From positions 2,987-66,986 of the forward strand of contig JARKOU010000002.1 of assembly GCA_029975645.1 (NCBI GenBank): a stretch of 64,000 bases of DNA, in the 5' to 3' direction. Below the pieces are notes generated by a model, which was not told the DNA's origin, made no database searches, and saw only the letters and a program-made list of their open reading frames with translations. Below are positions 16,447-27,325 of the stretch, in pieces. The translations under genes were made by a program, and so were the position numbers. Position 1 is the first letter of the stretch. Each line of letters begins with the position of its first letter. Source of the DNA: Actinomycetales bacterium. GTDB lineage: Bacteria; Actinomycetota; Actinomycetes; Actinomycetales; JAHECE01.

Positions 16447-16641
16447 GGGAAGCTGCGGCTCCCGGTGCTCGAGTCGCCGATGATCAACGACTCCTCCATC
16501 TCGGCCCTGCCCTCGACGATCCGGCCGTCAGCAAGGACGACGACCCGCTCCCGACACCGGCCCCGCAACCGAACCCGAACGGGCCACGATCACCACGCCG
16601 CGGCGGTGCCCCCGCTCATCGAGCCTGCCCAGGAGACCTCC

Positions 16642-18294
16642 ATGAATCCGCGCCCGATCCCACCAGCCATCGCCGGCGACGAACTCGTCGCCTTGGCAGA
16701 ACGGGACCCGCACCGCCCCCGCTACCACGTGGTAGCACCCGCCGGCTGGCTCAACGACCCGAACGGGGTCGGCAGGTGGAACGGGCGGTACCACCTCTTC
16801 TACCAGTACAACCCCCACGCGGCCGTCCACCACAAGATCAGCTGGGGCCACCTCGTCTCCGACGACCTCGTGCGGTGGACCGACCTGCCCGTCGCTCTCG
16901 TTCCCGACGACGACGGACCCGACCGCGACGGCTGCTACTCCGGAGTCCTCGTCGACGACGACGGCACGCCGACACTTCTCTACTCCGGCCATTGCGACGA
17001 CGACCCGCTGGAGACCTGCTGCCTGGCCGTCGGCACACCCGACCTCACCCACTGGACCAAGGAGCCCGGCAACCCGGTGCTCGCCACCCCGGACGGCCTG
17101 GACCTCGTCGCCCTACGCGACCACTGCGTCTGGCGCGAAGGTGGGCGGTGGCGCCAGCTCATCGGCGCCGGACTTCGCGGCGTCGGCGGCACCGCGCTGC
17201 TCTTCGAGTCCGACAACCTTCGAGCGTGGCGTTACCTCGGCCCCCTCGTCGTCGGTGACCCGAGCGGCGCGACGCTGGGCGGCGCCCCGGGTGAGCCGGA
17301 CTGGTCAGCGGACATGTGGGAGTGCGTGGACTTCTTCCGGCTCGCCCCGGAGGGGACTTCGGCGCCGCCCGGTGCACCACTGCCGCACGGCGGGTGTGAC
17401 GTGCTCATGTTCTCGGCGTGGAGCGACGACATCACGCTCCATTCGCTGTGCCTCACCGGCAGATACGCCGGGGACCGGTTCGAGCCCGCCGCCCTGCACC
17501 GCGTCGACCTCGGCGAGAACGCCTACTACGCCCCGCAATCCTTCGCTGACAGGGACGGGCGCCGAGTCGTCCACGGCTGGCTCCAGGAGGAGCGCGACCA
17601 GCAGGCAGCAGCGGACGCCGGCTGGTCAGGGGCGATGGCGATCCCCCGAACGCTGAGTCTCGACGCCCACGGCGCACCCCGCTGGGAACCCATCCTCGAG
17701 CTTCTGACTCTGCGGCGAGAGCAGCTCCTCGCCATCGCCCACGCCGCACCGCTCCGCCCCGGTGCGAGCGTGGGATGTGGGGGCGGCCTCCAACTCGACG
17801 CCGAGATCGACCTGGTTCTGGCCCGCGGCACTCGGGCGCAACTGATCCTCCGCGCGTCCGACGACGACACCGAACGCACCGTCCTTGAGGTAGGACGCTC
17901 CGACGATCCAGACCGGGGCTGGATGCACCTGGACCGGTCCACGAGCAGCCTCGATCCGACGGCGCACACGACACCACGTGGCGGCACGATCCCGATCGGA
18001 GACGACGGCCACATCAGTCTGCGCGTGCTCGTCGACCACTCGGTACTTGAGATCTTCGCCAACGGTCACCCCCTCAGCGCTCGGGTCTACCCGACGCTCT
18101 CCACCGCAGTGCGCATGGAGGTCGCAGCACCCGCGGACCAGCCCGACGCCCCGGATGGCGCCGTCGTTCTCGCGCGCTTCGACGTGTGGCGGATGGCCGA
18201 CGCTTGGGACGGACCGCGACCTCTGTGGCCCCGATCGCACCCGAACGCACCGACCGGGGAGTCCGATGGACGTCTAGCCACCCCGGAGACGTAA
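16642..18294 (+). CDS. Glycoside hydrolase family 32 (beta-fructofuranosidase / sucrose-6-phosphate hydrolase-like), cytoplasmic
   Basis: ATG 16642 follows SD AGGAGA. GH32 signatures are RPRYHVVAPAGWLNDPNG, YHLFYQYNP, YSGVLV, RDHCVW and MWECVDFF. No signal peptide is present. Confidence 0.85.
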   Translation: MNPRPIPPAIAGDELVALAERDPHRPRYHVVAPAGWLNDPNGVGRWNGRYHLFYQYNPHAAVHHKISWGHLVSDDLVRWTDLPVALVPDDDGPDRDGCYSGVLVDDDGTPTLLYSGHCDDDPLETCCLAVGTPDLTHWTKEPGNPVLATPDGLDLVALRDHCVWREGGRWRQLIGAGLRGVGGTALLFESDNLRAWRYLGPLVVGDPSGATLGGAPGEPDWSADMWECVDFFRLAPEGTSAPPGAPLPHGGCDVLMFSAWSDDITLHSLCLTGRYAGDRFEPAALHRVDLGENAYYAPQSFADRDGRRVVHGWLQEERDQQAAADAGWSGAMAIPRTLSLDAHGAPRWEPILELLTLRREQLLAIAHAAPLRPGASVGCGGGLQLDAEIDLVLARGTRAQLILRASDDDTERTVLEVGRSDDPDRGWMHLDRSTSSLDPTAHTTPRGGTIPIGDDGHISLRVLVDHSVLEIFANGHPLSARVYPTLSTAVRMEVAAPADQPDAPDGAVVLARFDVWRMADAWDGPRPLWPRSHPNAPTGESDGRLATPET

Positions 18295-18665
18295 CCCGCG
18301 GCCGTGAACCGACGTGTCGACCAACCCGAGGTCGGCGATGGCACGCCTCGAGCTCAACTTCGACGCGGCGCAGCGCCAACCGGGAGCCCGGTCGGGCTGA
18401 GGTGTGCTCGGTGAGGCGTGCGGTCCGGCGTCGCGTCCTCCCGAGGCGCCGCAGGGAAGCTGACGGTGGACGAGGGCGGTGCAGCTTCGGAGCGAGCCGC
18501 GCCCGGCACGGCGAGGCCCCGCCCGCCATGCACAACTGGACGCGCATCTGGGTGCTTCTCGACGTCTGTCGATGCAGGTCGACGGCGCGAACGGCCTGAT
18601 CAGGAACTGTTTCGGATACCACGTACACCCGCGCGCAGGTCCTCGTGCCGGAGTTTCGAGCCCCC

Positions 18666-19583
18666 TCAGAGGTCGCCGAGGCCAAGAGCGCGCGCCTCGT
18701 TGGCCGCCCGCTCGGCCGCCCTCGCACGGGTGTAGCGCATGAGCATGTCGGGCTGAGACCAGCCGGCGATCGCCATGAGGCCACCCTCCGAGCCTCCGGC
18801 GGCGAGCCACCGGTGCGCGGCCGTGTGCCGAAGCAGGTGCGGGTGAAACCCCACGATCCCGGCGCGCAGGGCGCGCTCCCGCAGGGTCTTGTGCAGGGCG
18901 TCGTAGGAGAACTCCTTGCCCCGGTCCCCCAGCCACAAGGCCGCGGAAGCAGCGAGGCGGTGCGACGCGCGAGCCCGCTTGTACCTGTCGATCGCGCGGG
19001 CGGTGTGCGGTCCGAACGGGACGACCCGCCCCTTGCCGCCCTTGCCGCGGCGCACGATCGCGGTCCCGGCGCCGAGGTCGACGTCCGCGAGCCCCAGCGC
19101 GACGACCTCCCCCGCGCGTGCGCCGGTCTCCACCATGAACCGCACGAGCGCCTCATCGCGGCGCTCGCGCATGTCGTTCCCGGCGCAGGCCTTGAGCAGC
19201 GCCCGGATCTGGTCGTCGCTCAGCGGTTCGATCACCTTGGCGTCGAGCTTCGGCGCCTTCACTCCGAGGAGCGGGTCGGCCGCGATCTCACCCTCCTCCG
19301 CGAGCCACGCGGAGAACCGGCGGACACCGAGCTGGCGTGAGCGCACCGTCGAAGCCTCGCGCCCGGCCTCGAGCAGGCCGGCCGTGAAGCCGTTGAGCGT
19401 CGGCTTGTCGATGACGGCCGGCACGCCCTCGACTCGGCACCACTCGATGAACGCACGCACCCCGTCGCCGTAGGACTTCACCGTCGCCGGCGACTTCCGC
19501 TCAGCACGCAGGGCGAGCTCCCACGAGGGCAGCAGCGCGCCGAGATCGAGCGGCGCCTTGGGTCGGCGAGGCACGCAGCCCAC
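18666..19583 (-). CDS. Tyrosine-type site-specific recombinase/integrase
   Basis: The N-terminal SAM-like domain is SPATVKSYGDGVRAFIEWC. The catalytic domain has ETGARAGEV...RRGKGGKGRVVPF...HLLRHTAAH...GWSQPDMLMRYT, i.e. the R..HxxR..Y pattern. Confidence 0.85.
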   Translation of the reverse strand: MGCVPRRPKAPLDLGALLPSWELALRAERKSPATVKSYGDGVRAFIEWCRVEGVPAVIDKPTLNGFTAGLLEAGREASTVRSRQLGVRRFSAWLAEEGEIAADPLLGVKAPKLDAKVIEPLSDDQIRALLKACAGNDMRERRDEALVRFMVETGARAGEVVALGLADVDLGAGTAIVRRGKGGKGRVVPFGPHTARAIDRYKRARASHRLAASAALWLGDRGKEFSYDALHKTLRERALRAGIVGFHPHLLRHTAAHRWLAAGGSEGGLMAIAGWSQPDMLMRYTRARAAERAANEARALGLGDL

Positions 19584-19689
19584 CCTAGCCGATATCTGGA
19601 CTAGGAACGGTGTGCGCCGCTCGTTCCGGCGCGCCTAGGACCAGATGCGGCCTTTGAACTGCGCGAATACCAGTGGCTGCGGCCTTCGC

Positions 19690-21360
19690 TCAGTCCAGGT
19701 AGTCGCGCAGGACCTGAGACCGGCTGGGGTGGCGCAACTTGGACATGGTCTTGGACTCGATCTGCCGGATCCGCTCGCGCGTGACCCCGTAGACCTTGCC
19801 GATCTCGTCCAGCGTCTTGGGCTGGCCGTCCGTGAGGCCGAAGCGCATGGAGACCACGCCGGCCTCGCGCTCCGAGAGGGTGTCGAGCACCGCGTGCAGC
19901 TGCTCCTGGAGGAGCGTGAAACTCACGGCGTCCGCCGGGACCACGGCCTCGGAGTCCTCGATGAGGTCACCGAACTCGGAGTCGCCGTCCTCGCCCAGCG
20001 GCGTGTGCAGGGAGATCGGCTCGCGGCCGTACTTCTGGACCTCGACCACCTTCTCGGGGGTCATGTCCAGCTCCTTCGCCAACTCCTCGGGGGTGGGCTC
20101 GCGCCCAAGGTCCTGGAGCATCTGCCGCTGCACACGGGCCAACTTGTTGATGACCTCGACCATGTGGACCGGGATGCGGATGGTCCGCGCCTGGTCCGCC
20201 ATCGCGCGCGTGATCGCCTGGCGGATCCACCACGTGGCGTACGTCGAGAACTTGTAGCCCTTGGTGTAGTCGAACTTCTCGACGGCGCGGATGAGGCCGA
20301 GGTTCCCCTCCTGGATCAGATCGAGGAACAGCATCCCGCGGCCGGTGTAGCGCTTGGCCAGCGAGACGACGAGACGAAGGTTCGCCTCGAGCAGGTGGTT
20401 CTTCGCCCGGCGCCCGTCCGAGGCGATCCACTCCAGTTCGCGGCGGAGCTTCGGCTCGAGGACGACGCCCGCGTTCAACTTCTCCTCGGCGAACAGACCC
20501 GCCTCGATCCGCTTGGCGAGTTCCACCTCTTGCTCGGCGTTGAGGAGTGCGACCTTGCCGATCTGCTTGAGGTAGTCCTTGACGGGGTCCGCGGTGGCCC
20601 CGGCGGTCACCACCTGCTGCGCGGGTGCGTCGTCGTCATCCGTCTCGGAGTAGACGAAGCCCTTGTCGTCGCCGGACTCCTCGCTGCTCGCCTCGGCGGC
20701 AGGGGCCGGGGTCTCGCTCTCCTCGGCGTCCTCCTCCTCGACGTCTTCCGCCACACCCTCGCCCACGGCCACCGCCGCGTCATCGGAGAGCTCGGCGTCC
20801 ACGGCGTCGACCGTGACCACCTCGGCGTCCTCGAGAAGGTCGTCGGCAGCGGACTCGAGGACGTCTGCGACGTCGTCCAGCGTCTCGTCCTCGTCCGGCG
20901 AGACCGCCGTGCCCGGTGCAGCCTGTGCCGGCGCCTTCGCCGCCGTCGCGGCCGACTTCACCGCCGCAGCCTTCACCGGCGTCGCCTTCGCCCGGGTTGG
21001 CCGAGCCGGCCTCGCCGGTGGCGTGACCGGCTCCGCCACGGCGGCCGTTGCCACGGCGCTCGGGCCCGCCTCGCTCGCGGCGGCGGACTTCGCCGGGGCC
21101 CGACGTGCACGGGAGGGCCTCGCCGGAGACTTGGTTGCCGGCGGAGGGGCGACGTCGGTCCGCACGGAGATCTCGATCTCCTGCAGGGCTCGCACCACGA
21201 CCTTCAGACGGTCGTCAGCCACCTCGGCCGCCTCGCACGCCGAGCGCAGCTGCTCCGCGGTGACCTCGCCGTGGATCCGACCGACACGAACGAGGTCCTG
21301 AAGAGCGGCGTGCTCGAACTCGCTGGGCAGGGCAGGGGGGTTTGAGACTGCTGACGACAC
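19690..21360 (-). CDS. sigA: Principal RNA polymerase sigma factor (RpoD/SigA/HrdB type)
   Basis: Regions 1.2-4.2 are fully conserved: [70 protein letters not shown] and [30 protein letters not shown] long Ala/Pro/acidic low-complexity N-terminal region is present. The start is taken as GTG 21360; the ORF extends to 21435. Confidence 0.9.
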   Translation of the reverse strand: MSSAVSNPPALPSEFEHAALQDLVRVGRIHGEVTAEQLRSACEAAEVADDRLKVVVRALQEIEISVRTDVAPPPATKSPARPSRARRAPAKSAAASEAGPSAVATAAVAEPVTPPARPARPTRAKATPVKAAAVKSAATAAKAPAQAAPGTAVSPDEDETLDDVADVLESAADDLLEDAEVVTVDAVDAELSDDAAVAVGEGVAEDVEEEDAEESETPAPAAEASSEESGDDKGFVYSETDDDDAPAQQVVTAGATADPVKDYLKQIGKVALLNAEQEVELAKRIEAGLFAEEKLNAGVVLEPKLRRELEWIASDGRRAKNHLLEANLRLVVSLAKRYTGRGMLFLDLIQEGNLGLIRAVEKFDYTKGYKFSTYATWWIRQAITRAMADQARTIRIPVHMVEVINKLARVQRQMLQDLGREPTPEELAKELDMTPEKVVEVQKYGREPISLHTPLGEDGDSEFGDLIEDSEAVVPADAVSFTLLQEQLHAVLDTLSEREAGVVSMRFGLTDGQPKTLDEIGKVYGVTRERIRQIESKTMSKLRHPSRSQVLRDYLD

Positions 21361-21537
21361 AGAGGACCTTTCGGCGAGGATCGGGGCCGGCGCTGTGGAA
21401 GTCGCAGCGCGCTCAATTATACCGTCGGGCACCACGGGACCTGGGCCCGTGCCGACGGCCCGGAGGATGTCAACGCTCGAGGCGTCCGGCCTGTTCCGAG
21501 CTGTCCGGGGCGGCTCGGCGGACGCGGCGCCCCCGCC

Positions 21538-24450
21538 CTACGGCGAGGCCCCCGGCGCACCGCTCCCCTCGGCGAAGGACTCGACCGGCGGGCACGCGCA
21601 CACCAGGTGCCGGTCACCGTAGGCGGCGTCGATCCGGCCTACCGGCGGCCAGTACTTCGCCGCCGCGACCGCCGCCGACGGGAAGGCGGCCAGGTCCCGG
21701 GGATACGCCCGGCCCCAAGGCCCGACCACCGCCCGCGCGGTGTGCGGGGCCCGCACCAGGGGGTTGTCGTCGCGCGGCCAGTCGCCCCGCCCCACGGCGA
21801 GGGCCTCGGCGTGGATCGAGCGCATCGCGTCGCAGAATCGGTCGATCTCGGCGAGGTCCTCGCTCTCGGTCGGCTCCACCATCAGGGTGCCCGCCACCGG
21901 GAAACTCATGGTCGGGGCGTGGAAGCCGTAGTCCATGAGGCGCTTGGCGACGTCGTCCACCGTGATGCCGGTGCTCGCCGTGAGCGCACGCACGTCCAGG
22001 ATGCACTCGTGGGCCACGAGCCCCCGCGGCCCCTTGTAGAGGACCGGGAAGACGTCGTCCAGGCGCGCCGCCACGTAGTTCGCCGCAAGCACCGCCGAGG
22101 CGGTCGCCGCCTGGAGGCCCGCCGCCCCCATGAGGTGGACGTAGGCCCAGCTGATGGGCAGGATCGACGCCGAACCGTAGGGGGCCGCCGAGACCGGGCC
22201 CGCCCGACGGTCCGCCTCGGCGGACCCACCCTCCCTCGGAGGACGGGCGTGTCCCGGGGTTCGGGGGTGCCCCGGGAGAAACGGCACCAGGTGGGCGGCG
22301 ACTGCAACCGGACCAACGCCCGGCCCGCCACCGCCGTGCGGGATGCAGAACGTCTTGTGGAGGTTGAGGTGGCTCACGTCGCCGCCGAAGCGACCGGGGC
22401 GCGCGGCTCCGACGAGCGCGTTGAGGTTGGCGCCGTCGATGTAGACCTGGCCGCCCGCCCGGTGGACCTCGGAGCAGATCTCCCGGATCGCCTCCTCGTA
22501 CACGCCGTGCGTCGACGGGTAGGTCACCATGATCGCCGCGAGGTCGGCGCCGTGCCGGGCGAGGAGCCGCCGCAGGTCCGCGACGTCCACGTTGCCCTCG
22601 TCGTCGCAGGCCACGACCACCACGCGCATCCCGGCGAGCACGGCCGACGCCGCGTTCGTGCCGTGAGCGCTCGCGGGCACCAGGCAGACCGTCCGGCCAT
22701 GCTCACCCCGGGAGTCGAGGTAGCCCCGGATCGCGAGGAGGCCGGCGAGTTCACCCTGCGACCCGGCGTTCGGCTGGACGCTGACGGCGGCATAGCCGGT
22801 CACCGCGGCGAGCCATCCCTGGAGGTCGTCGATGAGCTCGAGGTACCCGGCGACGTCGGCGGCGGGCGCGAACGGGTGGATGCGCGCGAACTCGGGCCAG
22901 GTGATCGCCGCCATCTCCACCGCGGCGTTGAGCTTCATGGTGCACGAGCCCAGGGGAATCATCCCGCGGTCCAGGGCGTAGTCCTTGTCCGCGAGCCGGC
23001 GCAGGTAGCGCATCATCGCCGTCTCCGTGCGGTGCTCGGTGAAGACGGGGTGCGTCAGGTAGGGCGACGTGCGGTGCAACGCCGGCGGGATCGCGGCGCC
23101 GATCAGATGCTCGTCCGCGGTCACCGGCGCTGCACCCGGACCGCCGGCGCCCGCGACGACGGCGTCGACCACCTCCGCGACGATCTCGGCGGTCGTCACC
23201 TCGTCACAGGCGATCGCAACGGTGTGGTCGTCCTCGGCCCACACCAGCACGTCGCGCCGGAGCGCCTCCGCCAGCACCTGCTGCGCCTGTCCCGGCACAC
23301 GCACGAGCACGGTGTCGAAGAAGTGGGGGTGGACCACCTCCACCCCTCGGGCGCCGAGTGCGGCGGCCAGCGAGACGGCGTGCTGGTGGACGGATCGTGC
23401 GATCGCGCGAAGGCCCTCGGGCCCGTGGTAGACGGCGTACATCGCCGCCATGACGGCAAGCAGCACCTGCGCCGTGCAGATGTTGGAGGTCGCCTTCTCG
23501 CGCCTGATGTGCTGCTCGCGGGTCTGCAGCGCCAGCCGCAACGCGGGCTCGCCGTGGGCGTCGCGCGAGACGCCAACGAGGCGCCCGGGCAGCTGACGCC
23601 GCAGGTCGTCCCGGACGGCCAGGTACGCGGCGTGCGGACCACCGAACCCCATGGGGACGCCGAAGCGCTGCGTGGTCCCGGCGGCGACGTCCGCGCCGAG
23701 CTCGCCTGGTGGGGTGAGCAGGGCCAGGGCGAGGATGTCGGTCGCCATGACCACGAGCGCCCCCGCGGCGTGCGCCGCCGCGATGACGTCGCGTGGGTCC
23801 AGGATCCGCCCGCTCGCCCCCGGGTATTGGAGGACGACGCCGAAGGCGCCCTCGAGCTGCTCCCTCGTCAGTCCCTCGGCGGGGTCGAACGTCACCACCT
23901 CGAGGCCCAGGGGCGCGGCTCGCGTCTCGAGGACGGCCCGCGTCTGCGCGAGCACGTCGCCGTCCACGAGCACGCGGCGCCCCCGGCCCACCGCCCGTCG
24001 GGCGAGGAGGACGCCCTCGACCACGGCCGTGGCCTCGTCCAGGAGAGAGGCGCCGGCGACTGGGAGCCCGGTGAGGTCCGAGACCATCGTCTGGAACGTG
24101 AGCAGGGCCTCGAGGCGTCCCTGCGAGATCTCCGGTTGGTAGGGCGTATAGGCCGTGTACCAGGCGGGGTTCTCGAGCACGTTCCGGCCGATCACGGCCG
24201 GGGTCACCGTGTCGTGGTAGCCCTGGCCGATCATCGAGATGCGCACGGTGTTGCGGCGTGCCATCGCCCGCAAGCGGGCCAGGACGTCCGACTCGGAGGC
24301 GGCGGCAGGGAGCCCCTCCGGAAGGTCGTCGCGGATGCCCGCGGGCAACGCCGCGGTCAGCAGCTCCTCGCGCGAGTCCCAGCCGAGCAGGGCGAGCATG
24401 GCCGCCTGCTCCGCCGGACCGGTGCCGATGTGCCGCGACGCGAACGTCAT
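21538..24450 (-). CDS. gcvP: Glycine dehydrogenase (decarboxylating), glycine cleavage P protein
   Basis: This 970-aa single-chain P protein reads [11 protein letters not shown]...[17 protein letters not shown]...[16 protein letters not shown]. Its start overlaps the gcvH stop (ATGA). Confidence 0.95.
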   Translation of the reverse strand: MTFASRHIGTGPAEQAAMLALLGWDSREELLTAALPAGIRDDLPEGLPAAASESDVLARLRAMARRNTVRISMIGQGYHDTVTPAVIGRNVLENPAWYTAYTPYQPEISQGRLEALLTFQTMVSDLTGLPVAGASLLDEATAVVEGVLLARRAVGRGRRVLVDGDVLAQTRAVLETRAAPLGLEVVTFDPAEGLTREQLEGAFGVVLQYPGASGRILDPRDVIAAAHAAGALVVMATDILALALLTPPGELGADVAAGTTQRFGVPMGFGGPHAAYLAVRDDLRRQLPGRLVGVSRDAHGEPALRLALQTREQHIRREKATSNICTAQVLLAVMAAMYAVYHGPEGLRAIARSVHQHAVSLAAALGARGVEVVHPHFFDTVLVRVPGQAQQVLAEALRRDVLVWAEDDHTVAIACDEVTTAEIVAEVVDAVVAGAGGPGAAPVTADEHLIGAAIPPALHRTSPYLTHPVFTEHRTETAMMRYLRRLADKDYALDRGMIPLGSCTMKLNAAVEMAAITWPEFARIHPFAPAADVAGYLELIDDLQGWLAAVTGYAAVSVQPNAGSQGELAGLLAIRGYLDSRGEHGRTVCLVPASAHGTNAASAVLAGMRVVVVACDDEGNVDVADLRRLLARHGADLAAIMVTYPSTHGVYEEAIREICSEVHRAGGQVYIDGANLNALVGAARPGRFGGDVSHLNLHKTFCIPHGGGGPGVGPVAVAAHLVPFLPGHPRTPGHARPPREGGSAEADRRAGPVSAAPYGSASILPISWAYVHLMGAAGLQAATASAVLAANYVAARLDDVFPVLYKGPRGLVAHECILDVRALTASTGITVDDVAKRLMDYGFHAPTMSFPVAGTLMVEPTESEDLAEIDRFCDAMRSIHAEALAVGRGDWPRDDNPLVRAPHTARAVVGPWGRAYPRDLAAFPSAAVAAAKYWPPVGRIDAAYGDRHLVCACPPVESFAEGSGAPGASP

Positions 24451-24830
24451 CGATCGCCTGCGCCGCGGACGAGGCGGTCGTACTCGGCGGCGACGAGCAG
24501 GTCAGGGACGGCCTCGACCCGAATGGTGAACAACCAGCCGGCACCGAACGGGTCGGTGTTGACCACCTCCGGGGTGTCGGACAGCGTCTCGTTCACCTCG
24601 AGGACCTCGCCGTCCGCGGGGGCGAAGATCTCGCTCACCGACTTGGTCGACTCGATCTCCCCGCACGCACTCCCCCCGACCACTCGGCTCCCCACGCGCG
24701 GGACCTCGACGTAGACGACGTCACCCAGGGCGTCCGCCGCGTAGTCGGTGATCCCGACGCGGGCTACGTCGCCCTCGCGGGCGAACCACTCGTGCTCCGC
24801 GGTGTACAGGCGGTCCTCGGGTACGGACAT
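24447..24830 (-). CDS. gcvH: Glycine cleavage system H protein (lipoyl carrier)
   Basis: [16 protein letters not shown]...[19 protein letters not shown]...[15 protein letters not shown] carries the lipoyl-lysine motif ESTK. Confidence 0.9.
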   Translation of the reverse strand: MSVPEDRLYTAEHEWFAREGDVARVGITDYAADALGDVVYVEVPRVGSRVVGGSACGEIESTKSVSEIFAPADGEVLEVNETLSDTPEVVNTDPFGAGWLFTIRVEAVPDLLVAAEYDRLVRGAGDR

Positions 24831-24876
24831 CTCGTGCTTCCTCTCGGTGGTTCGAGTGCGATGGCAGCCCGTGCGG

Positions 24877-25995
24877 CTAACGCGGACGTCGGTAGAACGG
24901 CAGCGGGACCACACGCATGGCCTGCCCGGTCCCGCGGACGTCGACCGTGACCTCGGTTCCGACTCCCGCGCAGGCCCGGTCGACGAGGGCGAGCGCGATC
25001 GGATAGCCGAGCGTGGGCGAGAGCGCGCCGGACGTCACGGCACCGGCCGTCGCGCCGTCGCGCGTCACGCCGCATCCGGCCCGGGCCGCCCGCCGGCCGT
25101 CACCGCGGAGGCCAACCAGGGTCACGCCGACCGACTCGCTCGAGCGGCGTGCCAGCGCTGCCCGTCCGACGAATTCGTGGTCGAGGTCTACGAGCCGGGC
25201 GAGCCCGGCCTCGTAGGGCGTGATCGACGTGGTGAGCTCGTGCCCGTACAGCGGCATCCCGGCCTCGAGCCGAAGGGTGTCCCGGGAGGCGAGGCCGCAC
25301 GGGACCACCCCGAGGGGCGCGCCGGCCTCCGCGATCGCACGCCACACCGTGCGGGCGGCCCAGGCCGGCACGCCGATCTCGAAGCCGTCCTCACCCGTGT
25401 ACCCGGTCCGAGCCACGATGGCCGGCACACCTGCCACGTCGCCGCCCAGGACGCCGTAGTAGCGCAAGCTCGAGAGATCGGCGCTGGTGAGACCGGACAG
25501 AACGGCCTCCGACCGCGGGCCCTGGAGGGCGATCAGAGCACGGTGAACGGTTCGGTCCACGACGGCCGTGCGCGGGCGGGCGCGCTGCGTCAGCCCGTCC
25601 AGGACCGCCAGGCGGTTGCCGGCGTTGGCGATGACGAGGAAGTCGTCCGGAGCGAGCCGGTAGACGATCACGTCGTCCACCACGCCCCCGTCCTCATCGG
25701 TCATCACGGTGTAGCGCGCGCGGCCCGGTGCGAGCCGAGAGACCAGGCTGACGAAGGCGACGTCGAGGCTCTCCGCGGCGCCCGGGCCGGTCACCTCGAG
25801 CTGCGCCATGTGTGAGAGGTCGAAGATGCCGCCGGTCGTCCGGACGGCCCGGTGCTCGGCAAGGTCGCTCCCGAAGCGCAACGGCATGCGCCACCCCGCA
25901 AACCACGTGAGGACGGCGCCCCGCTCGAGGTGCTCGCCCAGGAGGGGCGACTCTGGGTTCTCGTCCCGGGGCTCCGGGGCCGACGTCGAGGTCAT
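24877..25995 (-). CDS. gcvT: Aminomethyltransferase, glycine cleavage T protein
   Basis: [26 protein letters not shown]...[24 protein letters not shown]...[12 protein letters not shown]. The start is ATG 25995. Confidence 0.9.
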   Translation of the reverse strand: MTSTSAPEPRDENPESPLLGEHLERGAVLTWFAGWRMPLRFGSDLAEHRAVRTTGGIFDLSHMAQLEVTGPGAAESLDVAFVSLVSRLAPGRARYTVMTDEDGGVVDDVIVYRLAPDDFLVIANAGNRLAVLDGLTQRARPRTAVVDRTVHRALIALQGPRSEAVLSGLTSADLSSLRYYGVLGGDVAGVPAIVARTGYTGEDGFEIGVPAWAARTVWRAIAEAGAPLGVVPCGLASRDTLRLEAGMPLYGHELTTSITPYEAGLARLVDLDHEFVGRAALARRSSESVGVTLVGLRGDGRRAARAGCGVTRDGATAGAVTSGALSPTLGYPIALALVDRACAGVGTEVTVDVRGTGQAMRVVPLPFYRRPR

Positions 25996-26076
25996 GCCGC
26001 TCCGTCTGAGGTCGAATGCCGTACGGACGTCTCCCACCCGCGGCGACCCGGTCGGTGCCTCGGACGAGGCCGCACG

Positions 26077-27204
26077 CTACCACCGCGCCTGTCTCGGACC
26101 AGGTCCCACCTCACGACGACCCCGCCTCCCGCCGAGGCCCGTCGCGGGACCCCCGCGGTCTGACTCCACCCAGCCGGGCGGAACCCCGAACCGGACCAGG
26201 TCGTCAACCAGGCGTCCCAGACCGTGCGTCGAGTCCTCGGCGAGGCACTGACCGGCCAGCACGCCCGCCCGGGCACCCTCGCCGCTCCACCACGCCAGCC
26301 ACGCGAGCACGGCCAGCGGCGCCGCGCGCGCTCCTTCGGGGGCCAGACGGACCACCGCCTCGAGCACCTCACGGGCGCGCTCGACCACCGTGCGAGTTGG
26401 GCGGTACCGGTCCGGCCGGCCCGAGCCGCCCGGCCCGAAGACCCGCTCGCCCGACCCGGCGGTCAGCGACGCGATCACCTCGTCGCGAACCAGAACGTCC
26501 TCGAGCGCCACAAGGAACCGCCCCGACGAGGCGGGGTCCCCGCCGGACCCGTCCCACAAGCCGCGCCAGGTCTCGATCATCTCGTCCGCCCACGAGGCGA
26601 GGTCGTCCGGCGCTCGCCCGGCGGCCGCCCGACGCACCCGCTCCGCGGCGTAGGCCATGTGGGTGCTGCGCCGATCCGCCTCGGGCGCCCGCCCGACGAC
26701 CCCGAGCGAGTCCCGGTCGGGCTGAACGGCCGAACCTGCCAGCACCATGTGCGCTCCGACCTGGGTGGACTCCAGGTCGGTCAGCGGGCGGCCTCCGGGC
26801 GGGAAATGCTGCTCGTCCTCGCAGGCGAACGGCGCGTAGGCATCCGGGGTCACCACCCACTCGTCGGACCGCCACGCGTGCGGCAGGGCCGAGCGCATGC
26901 GGTCGAGCGCCTGCCGTCCTGCGCCGCGACCGGCCCGGGCCTCCCGCAGGTCGTCCGAGGTATACAGGACCAGCACCACCCGCCTGGCCCCATCGGCTCG
27001 GAGATGCTCGACGAGGTTTCCGGCGATCCCGGGTCCGTGCTCGGGATGGACCAGGTCGGCGACGTCGACCCGAGCGACGAGACCCAGGCGACGGCCCCGC
27101 AGAGAGACCGCGACAACGGACTCCCGGGGCCGAAAGCCGAGACAGTGCGGGATGAAGGCGAGGATCTCCCGGGGTTCGCTGACCCGGAGCACCGTGGGGT
27201 TCAT
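26077..27204 (-). CDS. DUF4192-family protein (conserved actinobacterial, unknown function)
   Basis: MNPTVLRVSEPREILAFIPHCLGFRPRESVVAVSLRG... is the characteristic DUF4192 N-terminus. The start is ATG 27204. Confidence 0.7.
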   Translation of the reverse strand: MNPTVLRVSEPREILAFIPHCLGFRPRESVVAVSLRGRRLGLVARVDVADLVHPEHGPGIAGNLVEHLRADGARRVVLVLYTSDDLREARAGRGAGRQALDRMRSALPHAWRSDEWVVTPDAYAPFACEDEQHFPPGGRPLTDLESTQVGAHMVLAGSAVQPDRDSLGVVGRAPEADRRSTHMAYAAERVRRAAAGRAPDDLASWADEMIETWRGLWDGSGGDPASSGRFLVALEDVLVRDEVIASLTAGSGERVFGPGGSGRPDRYRPTRTVVERAREVLEAVVRLAPEGARAAPLAVLAWLAWWSGEGARAGVLAGQCLAEDSTHGLGRLVDDLVRFGVPPGWVESDRGGPATGLGGRRGRREVGPGPRQARW

Positions 27205-27325
27205 GGACCCCAGCCCAGCAGCGGCGCCCCCGTCCCTGCTCGCAGCACCATCGCCGCGGTGGACAGCCCTGCGCCGGCGCCGTCTGGGGAGAAGGCTCGG
27301 AACCCGAACCCGTAGGCTGAGACGC

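Noticed and set aside
16470-16568. Possible remnant of an ABC-transporter ATPase C-terminus on the minus strand (RVVVLADGRIVEG) between the HAD and GH32 genes.
   Set aside because: Only about 12 residues resemble the motif, which is too short to distinguish from chance. It is mentioned only because a lost transporter would fit the cargo-module observation.
18295-18665. 370-bp gap between GH32 and the integrase, inspected for an excisionase/HTH gene or att site.
   Set aside because: Only very short ORFs are present (for example MARLELNFDAAQRQPGARSG) with no recognisable motif. There is no repeat shared with the 19584-19689 junction beyond 7-8 nt matches that are expected by chance.
20620-21110. 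Repetitive Ala/Pro/Glu/Asp-coding DNA that could be mistaken for a tandem repeat array or CRISPR.
   Set aside because: It is the low-complexity N-terminal linker of SigA, in frame and without regular spacer-repeat periodicity. The same applies to the Ala/Pro linker at 63930-64000 in sucB.
25996-26230. Glycine riboswitch upstream of gcvT, which is common for actinobacterial gcv operons.
   Set aside because: Read on the minus strand, the leader contains only loose fragments (GGGAGA, CACCGA, CCTCAGAC). It lacks the conserved CCGAAGGGGCAA-type core in the right order. Only 81 nt separate gcvT from the DUF4192 stop, so a tandem aptamer would have to overlap coding sequence. A cmsearch with RF00504 would settle it, and a significant hit would overturn this rejection.
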